Assembly: GCA_029531755.1 (NCBI GenBank)
Contig: CM055977.1
Span: 30,302,229-30,366,228, forward strand
From: Holothuria leucospilota
Taxonomy: Eukaryota
Direction of reading: 5' to 3'
DNA: 64,000 bases
A model generated the notes under the pieces. That model saw only the letters and a list, made by a program, of their open reading frames with translations. It searched no databases and had not been told where the DNA came from. Below are positions 26,871-38,266 of the stretch, piece after piece. The position numbers were made by a program, and so were the translations under genes. Each line of letters opens with the position of its first letter. Position 1 is the stretch's first letter.

Positions 26871-28234
26871 AATATAGGAAAATAACAACACCTGTAAATG
26901 GCAACAACCTGCACGTTTAACAGTGGAAACCACACATTAAGAAAAATAAAAAAATGACTTAAGATTTTAGCACAAAATTAGCTTAAATTTAGTAAAATTT
27001 TCTTATTACCTGTATTAAACAGTTCTTTCATATTAAGGGTGTTATGGTTTCTATAGTAGTGCGGCCTTCAGAACTTAAACCGTTCTGTGGAAAATGAGGG
27101 GCATTCCAACAAGTAGTGCATGGTATTCATCTCCTAATTTACTCTGATTACATAATGTGCAAATTCGATTACAAAAATCTATATCACGGTATATCACGGT
27201 ATCTGTCACTTACAGTGGGAATTCTACTAGTATTACAACGGAACGTAGAAAAGATCTAACCTATTTTTTTATAGGAAGAGTAGTGAGGTATTTTTCTAGT
27301 TTTAGTTCCCTCTTGAAAATCCTATAAACTTTGCATCGAGAGTTGCTATTGATATCAGAAATCCGTTCTTGAGCATAAATTTCATTCAATTGTTTTTTCG
27401 AGCCAGTTTGTATCAATGGAATTATAATTATATGATTTCAGATAAAGAGCATGCCTTTTTTTCAAGGATTATTTTAATCCGCCATATCCAATGCGATTTG
27501 TAAATGTTTTTGTCTTGCAAAATCCTTAGGAATTTACACATCATACCTGCCAATTTATTATTCTTACTGTTGATCAATCTACCACTGTATGCTACATTTC
27601 TTCCCTCAATAACTCGAGTAATGCTGTACCTCCCAAGCTCCCCATAAGCATACAGTTTGGTGACATGAAGTGAGCTTGAAGCAAGCAGAGGTTATGTCAT
27701 CTCCTCACATTGATGAGCATGAATGCTTTGTTTTCAAGCTGTAGTGTTGACCTTGAAGTTAATTGGGATCTGAGCTTCCCCTTGGGAATTTGAAGCTTGT
27801 AAAAATTCCCATGCCTCTCATTCATTTCACATTACGATAACATTAAACTATGGGAGAGAAAAGTGGTCCTTAAATTTTAAAGAAAAACAGAAGAGAGATC
27901 ATTAATGTGAGATGATGATGTCATATGCGCTTGCTCCAAGTTCACTTTGGGTTGAAATATCATGACTTCATCTGCTGATATCTCGAGAACCACATATCGG
28001 ATTTCAATGCAAATTTCACCAGAATGTTTAGATTAAGTTCCCTCTAACATAACAAAACTCCATATAAGCCTGAACCCTCCTTTTAATAAGCTGAGGTTGA
28101 TAGGATGTTCTGACAATATACGTATTTCATTGTTAAAATCTTATCTTACAAATCGTCAGCAAAAGTTTTGTTTTAACTTTTAAGCATAGTGTTTCATCGT
28201 TTGTCTACTTCGATATAGACACCCCCCCCCCAAA

Positions 28235-29060
28235 GAAGTATTTTAGGACCATTTTTATTTACCGTCTACATAGATGATCCCCCTAGGACATTGCCCGACA
28301 CCAAAGATGATACTATACCGTAGTTGATGACACGACTCTCCACATAGCAGGCAATAATTGTTATTCATGCAATATATCGCTTACAATCTGCAATTGATGG
28401 GCTATTGAAATGGCTTGAAACAAATTGCATTGAGCGTAGATAAAACTAAACTCATGTTTTTTTTTTTGTTTTTTTTTTGTTTTTTTGTTTTTTTGTTTTT
28501 GTTTTTTTTTTTTTTTTTTGATCCACCAAAAAACTAAACCTCGTTAAAACAGATGAAGTCAATGTTCTGTTAAAGGAAAAACGTTAGAGGTTTTTAATTC
28601 TGCTAAGAAATTAGGAATGCGTAAAGATTCACAACTAAAATTTCATAAACATGTTGAAAGTTTAACTCAAAAGATATGAGGTATAAAAATCAGTTTTCTA
28701 CGTAGTCATCAGGTTAGTTTGATTGGACGCCATTACCCGAAGTAGAAAACGATTGCAAGATGATGTATAAATGTATGAATGATCAAGTACCTTACTACCA
28801 ACAATATTTACCCTACAAGCCAACGGACAGGTAAAACTTTAATGCTACCACAGTGATAATGTAGGACAAGCTTGTACAAGAAGTCTTTTATTTTTTGAGG
28901 AACCAAACTATGGAATAGTCCAGATCCTAGAGCAAGACCTTAAGTGCTATAAATTCCTTTCCACCTTCAGACATAAATTAAAACTAACGCAGGTCTTGAC
29001 CTTGTTAACTCAACGTTTTTACTCATTTAGTTTTTCTCATTGCTTCTACATTTTACGTAA
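28235..29060 (+). mobile_element. CR1/L2-like LINE, C-terminal RT and 3' end, same orientation as 25690-26175 (probably the same 5'-truncated copy, interrupted by insertions)
   Basis: The frames read GPFLFTVYIDDPP (GPLLF.IYINDLP motif) and VVDDTTLHIAG (YADDT motif), followed by the segment ...AKKLGMRKDSQLKFHKHVESLTQKI. A short stretch near the 3' end reads LYKKSFIFRGTKLWNSLPD, typical of CR1-family ORF2 C-termini. The element is decayed and carries a (T/G)n simple-repeat insertion at 28443-28522. Confidence 0.7.
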
Positions 29061-29411
29061 TAATTTTGATACTACTTTTGTACATATTTGTTTGGACCGT
29101 TTTACTTTTATTATAGCGTTGCTGTAAAGAGTTGTTTTTAACTAATTGTTTCTGTTTTATTTCGATCTTTCTTTTCTTTTTTTCTTGCATCTGCTTGTGT
29201 TACATATTTAATCTGTGTATTTAATCTGGTATATTTTGTGGTCGGCCTATTCATTATGTTTTACCAGTTTACTTCGTCTTAGTTTTTATGTTCAAAAAAC
29301 GAATCCTTTTGCTTTTCTGGTTCATTTCGTCTTTCTTCTGTAGTGTGTTCTTACATCAATTTTATATGTTTACTACTTTTTATCCTTATTTCTTTTATTT
29401 TGTGCCGAGGG

Positions 29412-29688
29412 CAGGCCCGTCGCCAGAAATTTGCCAAGGGGGGGGGGAGCCTGTAGACAAACTATCTAAGCATAGCGCCACCATAGCTTAGCGCGAAGAG
29501 TACAAAAAAATTTGGCCGGAAATACCTCCCAGATTGCTGGAAATGGCACTTCCCAGACCTTGTGAGCCTTGCATCTAAACATTTTTTTATTTTTGAGTTA
29601 CTAGCAATATCATAAAAAATCATTAAAAAAATACCAAAAATATGCTCAAGGGGGGGGGGCTGCCCCCTTCGCCCCTTGGCTACGCGCC
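29412..29688 (+). mobile_element. MITE copy of the same family
   Basis: About 85-90% identical to 3081-3348 over its whole length. The terminus GGCTACGCGCCCG and an internal G10 run are present. Confidence 0.8.
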
Positions 29689-30164
29689 CGACCCAGGGCC
29701 CAGTGGAAGAACAGTCCCTTGGGACATTGGGTTACATTGTTTAAAGAAAGTTTATAAAATAAAATAACACAAAATATACATTGTGGAAGTTCAAATAACG
29801 GAACCATCAAGAAAACTAACAAACGACTGAATGCAAGTTTAACGAATGTTCGGGATAAAAAAAAGTTGTTAGCCAATAAGGTGTAGGGAGTTGCAAACCG
29901 TAAGTCCAGTATTTGATTTATTTCAAACTTCAAGGTATTGGTTATTTAGCAAAGTTTGCAAAGTTTCTTAATCAGGTCGTCAACTAGTTTACTTGATGAG
30001 TGAGTATTTTTTTGACATAATTTGATCGAAATTTGCCTATCCAATTAATAACAAGACAGTTTGATTATAAAATATATCCCGCAAAATAATTACAACTCGG
30101 TTTTTATTCATAACAAAAGTAAACGTAAAACCTTATCAACTTTCTTTTGTTGTTTTTTTTTCTT

Positions 30165-31562
30165 GTATAAATCATGTTGATTGGCTCGCTCGTATGGAAA
30201 GCCGTTTTAACATTTAATCAGGAATTTTAGATATCTTGAATTAATTTTAGATATCTCAAATTCTATTTCAGATATCTCGAAATGAATTTTAGATATCTTA
30301 AAATAATTGCAGATATCTTAAAATAATTGCAGATATCTTAAAATAATTGCAGATATCTCGAAATAATCACGAATTTCAGATGTCTAAAATTCTAATTCAG
30401 ATATCTCTTATTCAATTTTAGATATCTCGAATTCTATTTCAGATATCTCGAATTCAATTTTAGATATCTCGAATTCTATTATGGATATCTCGAATTCAAT
30501 TTTAGATATCTCAAATTCTATTTCAGATATCTCGAATTCAATTTTAGATATCTCGAATTCCATTCCAGATATCTTGAATTCTATTTCAGATATCTTGAAT
30601 TCAATTTTAGATAACTCGAATTCTATTTTAGATATCTTCAATTCTATTTCAGATATCTCGAATTCTATTCCAGATATCTCGAATTCAATTTTAGATATCT
30701 CGAATTCAATTTTAGATATCTCGAATTCTATTTTAGATATCTCGAATTCAATTTCAGATATCTCGAATTCAATTTTAGATATCTCGAATTCAATTTTAGA
30801 TATCTCGAATTCAATTTTAGATATCTCGAATTGAATTTCAGATATCTCGAATTCAATTTTAGATATCTCGAATTCAATTCCAGATATCTCGAATTCAATT
30901 TTAGATATCTCGAATTCAATTTCAGATATCTCGAATTCAATTTTAGATATCTCGATTTCAATTTCAGATATCTCGAATTCAATTTTAGATATCTCGAATT
31001 CAATTTCAGATATCTCGAATTCAATTTCAGATATCTCGAATTCAATTTCAGATATCTCGAATTCAATTTTAGATATCTCGAAATCTATTTTAGATATCTC
31101 GAATTGTATTTCAGATATCTCGAATTCAATTTTAGATATCTCGAATTCAATTTTAGATATCTCGAATTCTATTTTAGATATCTCGAATTCAATTTTAGAT
31201 ATCTCTAATTCTATTTCAGATATCTCGAATTCAATTTTAGATATCTAAAATTCTATTTTAGATATCTCGAATTCTATTTTAGATATCTCGAATTCTATTT
31301 CAGATATCTCGAATTCTATTTTAGATATCTCGAATTCTATTTCAGATATCTCGAATTCAATTTAAGATATCTCGAATTCTATTTCAGATATCTCGAATTC
31401 AATTTAAGATATCTCGAAATGAATTTTAGATATCTTAAATTGTATTTCAGATATCTAAAATAGTGCATAATTTGAGATATCTAAAATTAATTCGAGATAT
31501 CTAAAATTCCTGATTAAATGTTAAAACGGCTTTCCATACGCTCGAGCTTCCATGATAAATTC
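30165..31562. mobile_element. foldback-like non-autonomous element: long terminal inverted repeats flanking a 21-bp satellite array
   Basis: The left end is ...TCATGTTGATTGGCTCGCTCGTATGGAAAGCCGTTTTAACATTTAATCAGGAATT. The right end is its reverse complement, AATTCCTGATTAAATGTTAAAACGGCTTTCCATACGCTCGAGCTTCCATGA. The inverted match continues into the first two satellite units at each end. Confidence 0.75.
30226..31505. repeat. tandem satellite, 21-bp unit AGATATCTCGAATTCAATTTT / AGATATCTCGAATTCTATTTC, ~60 copies
   Basis: Direct tandem repetition is visible across ~1.28 kb. Each unit contains the palindrome AGATATCT and a GAATTC site. The long ORFs at 30408-31208 on both strands are artefacts of this periodicity. 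Confidence 0.95.
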
Positions 31563-34500
31563 AAAAATTCAAAAGTCACTGAAATCACCAACACACCAAC
31601 TAAAAGGATTTCTCATTTCTCTTTAAACTGCTGAAGTGGTAGGGGATGGTGTGTGGCTGTATTTCTCATCTGTCAAAAGATGAAGTGCCGCTGTTATCAA
31701 TAAAATAGAATCGAGGAATCTTCAGTTAACTCCCTGAGAGCGAATTTGCTTGAACATCAGACCCTCAATGGGAGGTACTTGAAGCCAAACAGCGGTCACA
31801 TCGGGAAATAGATTAGATCCTCATTTTATTTATGTCAAAAGATCGCCTTAAGAGGTTACCTATTGAGCCAAACTAAACCTTCACACCACACAACTATAGG
31901 ACCTGTCAATCAAACCCTTTAAGTGCCCCATCGTTCCTCCTCCCAAGTGGGGAGTTTACTGTCTCGAATCAAAGTTTGTCATCCGCTTTCGAAGTACAAG
32001 AAAACTGTCAATAAGGACAAAGCATCTCAAGAGGCTATTGTGAAGATTAGTTGTAAGGTAAGCCACAGGTAAACAGGACCAGGCCAGGTATTTGAGCGTC
32101 TTTCTTTATTTACTTTGAAGAATCCAGAGAACAGGATTCGGGTGTGAATTCACTATTGAGGGTCCTGATTACGCTCAATTATTCACTCATCGTGAAGAGT
32201 AGGCCCTAATGAAGTTGTTGGTTGCTTTCTGACACTTATTGTCCATTTCATCCGGAATGTTCTTACCTGCGGGGTCCAATTGAGAAGGATGTACCTTGCC
32301 TTTTGGACCAGCAGGGGTCCCTTGTACTTTTGTGTTCCCTGGCTTAGTTGGATATCGTGTCCTATTCATCGATATTTTAATTGGGGACATCCAGGTGGGT
32401 TCGAGAGCGAAAAATTAGTAAGATTTCATCAACTTGCATTTCTGTGTTGGTGTTTTTCCTACGAAGATACCTGGCAATATTACATGCTTACAGAGCCGTC
32501 CGGTGAAATAAAACGCTCACTTTAGATCACCCACCGTGTTGTAGCAAATAATTAGGTGACACAAAGACAGCTTCAGGGTGTAGCACGACTAACTAGGGCT
32601 TCTCAACTCTTCACGACTTTCAGCAATAATACCAGAGTTGCGTGTCATTCACAAAAGTAATGTTTTGGATCAATTCAAAGTGTTAATAGGTCTCAACGGA
32701 AGAGAACGCCCATAGTCACCCTACGCCTAGACTTTCATTTCACTATTGCAAAGTAAATTGCATTTGTATAACTTGAAACACAAAATCTTTCGGAGTTTGA
32801 TGAAAATGGTGGTTTGGAATGCCTAAGGTATTTTAAACAAACTTTTGCTAAATTTGATGTAGGGTGGTTTCTGTTGCTACAGAAACTGAGACAATAAATG
32901 ACTGATATAAAAGTATCAAGTTCGATGGGCGTCTGAGGACTGAATTCATTACGGTTAAACAAACATTTCTTTTCATATGTTACCCTAAGAACCAACCGAC
33001 GTTAACATGCGAAATTCAAGAAATTTCAAGAAGAGTGGAAACACTGCTGGAGAGTGACTGCAGCTTCTGTTCGAGGAATTTTCCCGCCATAATAGCACCT
33101 CTATCTCCAATTGGTTTTTTCTACACTGCTCACGCCCATACCCAGGGGCGTAGATTTCTTTTCTACTCTGGGGGGGGGATGTGGTGAACTATCGCAAATG
33201 TGGAAAATGTGCACGCGAAGCGTGCACGGCGAGCGCCAAGCGCGAGCCCATGACGGATGGGGTCCAGGGACCCGCCTTAGGGCCCCTGGTAGGGTCCAGG
33301 GGCAAAGCCCCCGGAAGCTCCTGGGTTTTAATGTCTCACAAGTGCCAGAAAGACTGTTTTAAGGGGTTAATTTCAGTGGTAATGTTCTTTGGTAGGCTAT
33401 TGGTATATTCATACATTTAGGAAATGCTATTTTGAGCACAAAACTCGTTGATAAGCTGCACTGGATTGACATTGTACAAGAGCAACAATGTCCTGTTAAG
33501 CTTAAAAAGGCAGGGATCAACATATAGGGTCATCCCAGACAACTGGATTTTGAATTCGGAGATCATTACAAGAACTGCAAGTTGGCTTGAGATCAGTGGC
33601 GTCGCCAGGTTTTTTGTGAATTAGGGGCACCATAGATGATGTCGTAATAATACCTCAGTTCTCCCAAGTCTGCGAAAATTACACCTTTATTTTTCACGCG
33701 TTCCTGCACTTGCATGCAGCAGTTTTGATCTTTCGTTTGTCACTGCATAAAGGTGTCGTCCTGGGGAAGGGGTCCCCTCTCCTTTAAGAATTTGTTTTAT
33801 TAATTTAAGGTCTTTTAGATGCAAAATGGTGCTCTCTTTGGGATGTTTTTGGAACTGATCATATATGGCCGGAAAATGTCCATAATTTAGTAAATGCTAA
33901 TTTTTGGTAAGGTAAAAGAGGAGAATATGTTGTCTATTAAGAGACAGATACGTTGTCAACAAATCTCCTGAAGCCCCCTCCCTTCTGTCTATTTTACTGC
34001 CTTCTGTTTCGGGAAAGTTTTGCACAAACTATGTGCATGGAGTCCACAGAAACATTCTTGAGTTATTACGAAATATGTCCTTTCCTTCATTGTGCATTAT
34101 GAAAGGGCATCTAAGGCTGGCAGATACCTGAAACGAACAGCTGCCAGCAATGGAAAATGAGAGGGAGGGAGAGTAGTATAGGTGCAGGGAGGTGATATTA
34201 GACCTCCCTGATAGGTGTAACAAAAGGGGTGAAGGACTAATAAGAGTGTTACAGAATGCTGTTTTCGTCATAAGTGTATTAACAATTACCATACCGATAA
34301 TGGCTCAGCGCGAACTGGCGAAGCTCTGGTAAAAATTTTTGAAAAATGTATAACGGCTGATACTTACTTTCAACCTTCTACATCATGCTACATATTAGAT
34401 TGAAAGATCCCATATTGATGCGAGGTCCCCACAGATGTTTGGATATGTATCTTTGTTCTTCGGAAAGTGTAAGTTGTGATCAGAACAGTTTCGTGTATCA

Positions 34501-35325
34501 TTACCTTAATAATAGTCATGGCATAGAGTGTAAACAGTGACGAATATTTCCATAGACCCTTTTCCATATAGCAGTCACAAAGGATTGTGGGGTACACTTT
34601 TGAAGTGGGGCGTTTTCTCAATGTCATTCTACTGTGGCCAAAAACGACGCACACCAAAATCCAATGCCACAATCCTCTGTAATTGCTATTTGGAAAAGGG
34701 TCTATTACAAAACCTGCATTCAGACTCTACATCGAGACACTTTCAATTGCCCAACAAACCTACATGCCACTGCCATAAGCCAGTCTTTTACCTATTAATT
34801 CGTTAACTTTCAACTTTTGCTGCTGTGATTCTCCCAACGTTGCTATCGGAAGATACAAATAATATGAGTGACACTGAGGTGAGGTTGGAAGCGCGCGGAG
34901 CGCGCGAAAATTTTAATAGATTGCCAAGGATTTGCTAAAATTCTGATAGTTTGAGAAACATTTGTGATAGAAAGTGAAGCGAGATTGGAAAATTTCTCAC
35001 GAAAATGAAGAATAAAATATACTTTCCATCATACACGTATCTGTAGACTGAAACATTGGGGGGATGATTACATGGGCCATCCCCCTAGTCAAATGTTGGG
35101 GGGATATATCCCCCATCCCCCGGGATTTACGCCCATGCCCATACCCGCCCCTAACATGAGAATTTCTCTTTGCGGGTGGATGTGTGCCGTGTCACATGGT
35201 GAATGAACACATATTCGTAGCTTGGGGGCATTTTGCGCTAGTCGGTTAAGGCAGCCCTGACATCATCGGAAACACATTTTGTAATACCCGGGTATAGCTG
35301 GAATCATTGTCCGTCATTACACTTT

Positions 35326-35337
35326 GATTGACACACC

Positions 35338-35420
<83 letters not shown>
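35326..35420. repeat. compound microsatellite (CCCA)3-(CA)13-(TA)~25
   Basis: Direct reading. It produces the HTHTHT/IYIYIY ORF artefacts on both strands. Confidence 0.95.
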
Positions 35421-35421
<1 letters not shown>

Positions 35422-37997
35422 TCATAGAAATGTGAGACATACAGTTGTGGGCATCCTCTATAACACTCAAAAGTGTTGTTTTCTTAAGGTGTCATTGAAA
35501 CTGAATGGAACTGAACATTTTACGGTAGCGCGCTATATAAGTTTATGAAATAAATAAATAATAAGTGTACACAACAGAATATGGCATTGGGCAATTGAAC
35601 TGCATTTCGGTCAAGACACTTTTACCTAGGAAGTGCAAATAACCGCAAATAACCTTTTCATGGATTGTAGGATGGTCAGTAGACAGGTAGAATGAAACTT
35701 AGCCTTCAGAGAATAGAGCTGCGGGGTAACTTTGTCGAGGAAGAGTTTGCAAAGTCTAACTGGAAAGTGAAGACCACTTCGGTATTATAACTTGAAACTG
35801 TTTAGATGTCACTAAGAGTGATTGAAATACGGTGGGGCCATTTCGGAGGAATGGGCGATTTGACCCTAACTGCACAAGGTACCAGTATTGAAGGGAGGTA
35901 AGGTAACTTCCCGGGGGTGAATTTTTTTAAGGGCAAGAGATGTTACAATGTATAAACTCAATAGTACCTGTAAATTTGTTTTTCTTTAAAAACTTCTAGG
36001 GGTGCCACCCCTGGTCCCCTTGGCTAAGGGCCTGGGGTAAGTACAAGGGAGTTTGTCAAAAGAGGAGACCACTCAATGCTTGTAAGGGTGCCTTCCCCTT
36101 TTGTATTTTGAGAGCTACGATACAACAAGTGCCGTACGAAAGGTGATGACTTACTCAATGAACTTTTTAAGACAGATCTGTTGGAGATCAACTTGGCGAA
36201 TGCATATCCCACCCAATTTGATCACTTTTGGGTACATACCTATCTTTTTTATTACCGGAAATATTGTTGTATACTTCTTTACGTAAGCAAATGGTATTAG
36301 TGCAAAGACTTACCACTTACCGTAGTGACTGGGCCCACAATCTTACACATTCCTGTTAAATATGGGGTGAAACTTTACAATATACCAACTTGTTACCGTC
36401 AAAGCCGAAAAATAAATAAACGAGCAGAGAAATACAGACCCATTTGTGTCCATCTCGTGACACTGGGTCAAGCCTCTAAATAACTTGACGAAATCATGTC
36501 TCCCTTTATTTGAAAGTCACGAATTTGACATAAAAGTGCCTAAAATGCCTAGAAAATGTGACAATCTGTCAACGTCGGAAGTGGGACAGAGTGTCGAATA
36601 TTACTCCGAAGATTAGTCGATGACGAACTCGCCCTCAGGTTCATAGTCACAGCGAAGGCAAAAACTGGGGTGTAAGGAACCAGCTTTTATCCGATTGTGG
36701 CAGGTATTAAATACACCGCGACGTGGATTTTCTTTACCCATGCCCTTTAAAGAAAACAGTGTACGTAAGTCTTTCAGTTTCCTTGGAATAAGTTCGATTC
36801 TTGTATACTTGAAGGTGTCATTCTATCTGCTCATGTTAACATGTTTTTCCTTGCACTCTGTGCGACTTTTTGACGTCGTGAATGGGCCTTCGGACATCGT
36901 GGGAAGTTCATTTGAAGTCGTGCAGTGGACAACGAGCTTAACGATTTATCATGCGATGTCACGCGAGATCGTGTCGTGTCGTATCGACGGCGACATGCCC
37001 GTGACCGTACGCAGAATATTTTTGCGGCAGAGAAGGGGCTCAAGCTCAGCACAGAGCTACCATCCGTTGGTGTTTAGTGTACGAAGAAACGAAAAACCAA
37101 AAAAGCTAATTCCGATATTGCCGGAAATGACACTTTCCATGTTTAGCGAGTTGCATCTAAACAATATTTAGACAATGGAAGTACCGGTATCGATGTGATA
37201 AAACGTTAATTTCAAAATTTCGGGGGGCTCCCCCTGCTTCCCCCTTCCCTGCCTTACGGTAATGGATATACGTTGTCGTGCCTTTAAAAATCGTAGGTAA
37301 AATTGCACCGTATGCGCCCGTCTCGTGATTAGTCAGGTTAGTGTCGCGCATTATCATTCAAGACAAGCAATCACATTGCTTACAGAAAAAAATGTGCGTA
37401 AAGCTGTACGGAGGTCTATCCATCTTTTGGCAGAAATAAAACATGTGGCGAGGTATCGAACAGCATCAACGAAAGTGTGATCAAGATCATATCACGAGAA
37501 ACCATTACGTCACGTTTTCTGGAGTTTATTGACGACTGAAAGTATCGTAACGGAAGTAAGGGGTGCAGTTACCAGCGATGTTGTGTGCTTTATTTCAGAC
37601 AAGCAATTCAGAGACGAGCTTTGACAGGAAGAGAAGATCACCCAGAGGTGAACCAGATAATGTTTATGGGTACGTTACGGATTACTGTCGATCTGGATAA
37701 AAAGAAGATAGTATTCAGATGTGAGAAAACCGTCTCCTTGGGGAACCATTAACCAAACTGAGAATTTGAATTTGTGTTGTTTCCCAGCGCTGCGTACCGT
37801 TTCCCATCAATCGCCGTCGAAGTATAGCGATTGACGAGTATCATCAGTATTAGCTATACGTATCGATACCTGATATTTCAAATCCCAAATATCGATCCGA
37901 CACCGATACACGAAGAACACATAACCTAAGACCGTAATGATTATACTGTGCATGCCATCAATTATTGACCGTCGGTCGCCGGTCCGTCATACATGCA

Positions 37998-38266
37998 TGC
38001 AGTGCAGCAGTGGCGTAGCCACGGGGAGGGTTTTGGGGAGTGAAACCTCCCCCCCCCCCCACATGACCCAACCTTGAAAAAAAATAATTGCAAAAACCAC
38101 ATGATCACTATAAACTTTACTACATTTGAGGCACAAACATTGCACCATTTTGCATCTGGAGACCTAAAATAGCCGTTTTTTCTCCCTCTCCTTAGACCTT
38201 TCCCTCATGTCGTACTCCAAAACCCTCCCCATGACACAATCCTGGCTACGCTACTGCAGTGCAGTG
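37998..38266. mobile_element. MITE (269 bp) with a ~20-bp TIR GCAGTGCAGCAGTGGCGTAGCCA...TGGCTACGCTACTGCAGTGCAGTG
   Basis: The termini are reverse complements of each other. They share the GTGGCGTAGC motif with the 7772-8099 element. The interior has a C13 run. Confidence 0.8.

Noticed and set aside
30226-31505. A regular array of ~21-bp direct repeats, superficially CRISPR-like, with long ORFs at 30408-31208 on both strands
   Set aside because: There are no unique spacers, because the units are contiguous. The context is eukaryotic, with introns, SINEs and LINEs. The ORFs are periodic translations of the satellite (KIEFEIS..., NSRYLKL...). It is a satellite inside a TIR element.
35246-35548. 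Overlapping ORFs encoding poly-HT/IY/VC peptides on both strands
   Set aside because: They are a translation of the (CA)n(TA)n compound microsatellite.
36695-37171. Longest ORF in the window (158 aa, plus strand)
   Set aside because: It has no recognisable domain or motif. Its 3' end is made of a MITE core fragment (CCGATATTGCCGGAAATGACACTTTCCATG). It has no splice-compatible context. It is most likely a random ORF in CpG-rich sequence.
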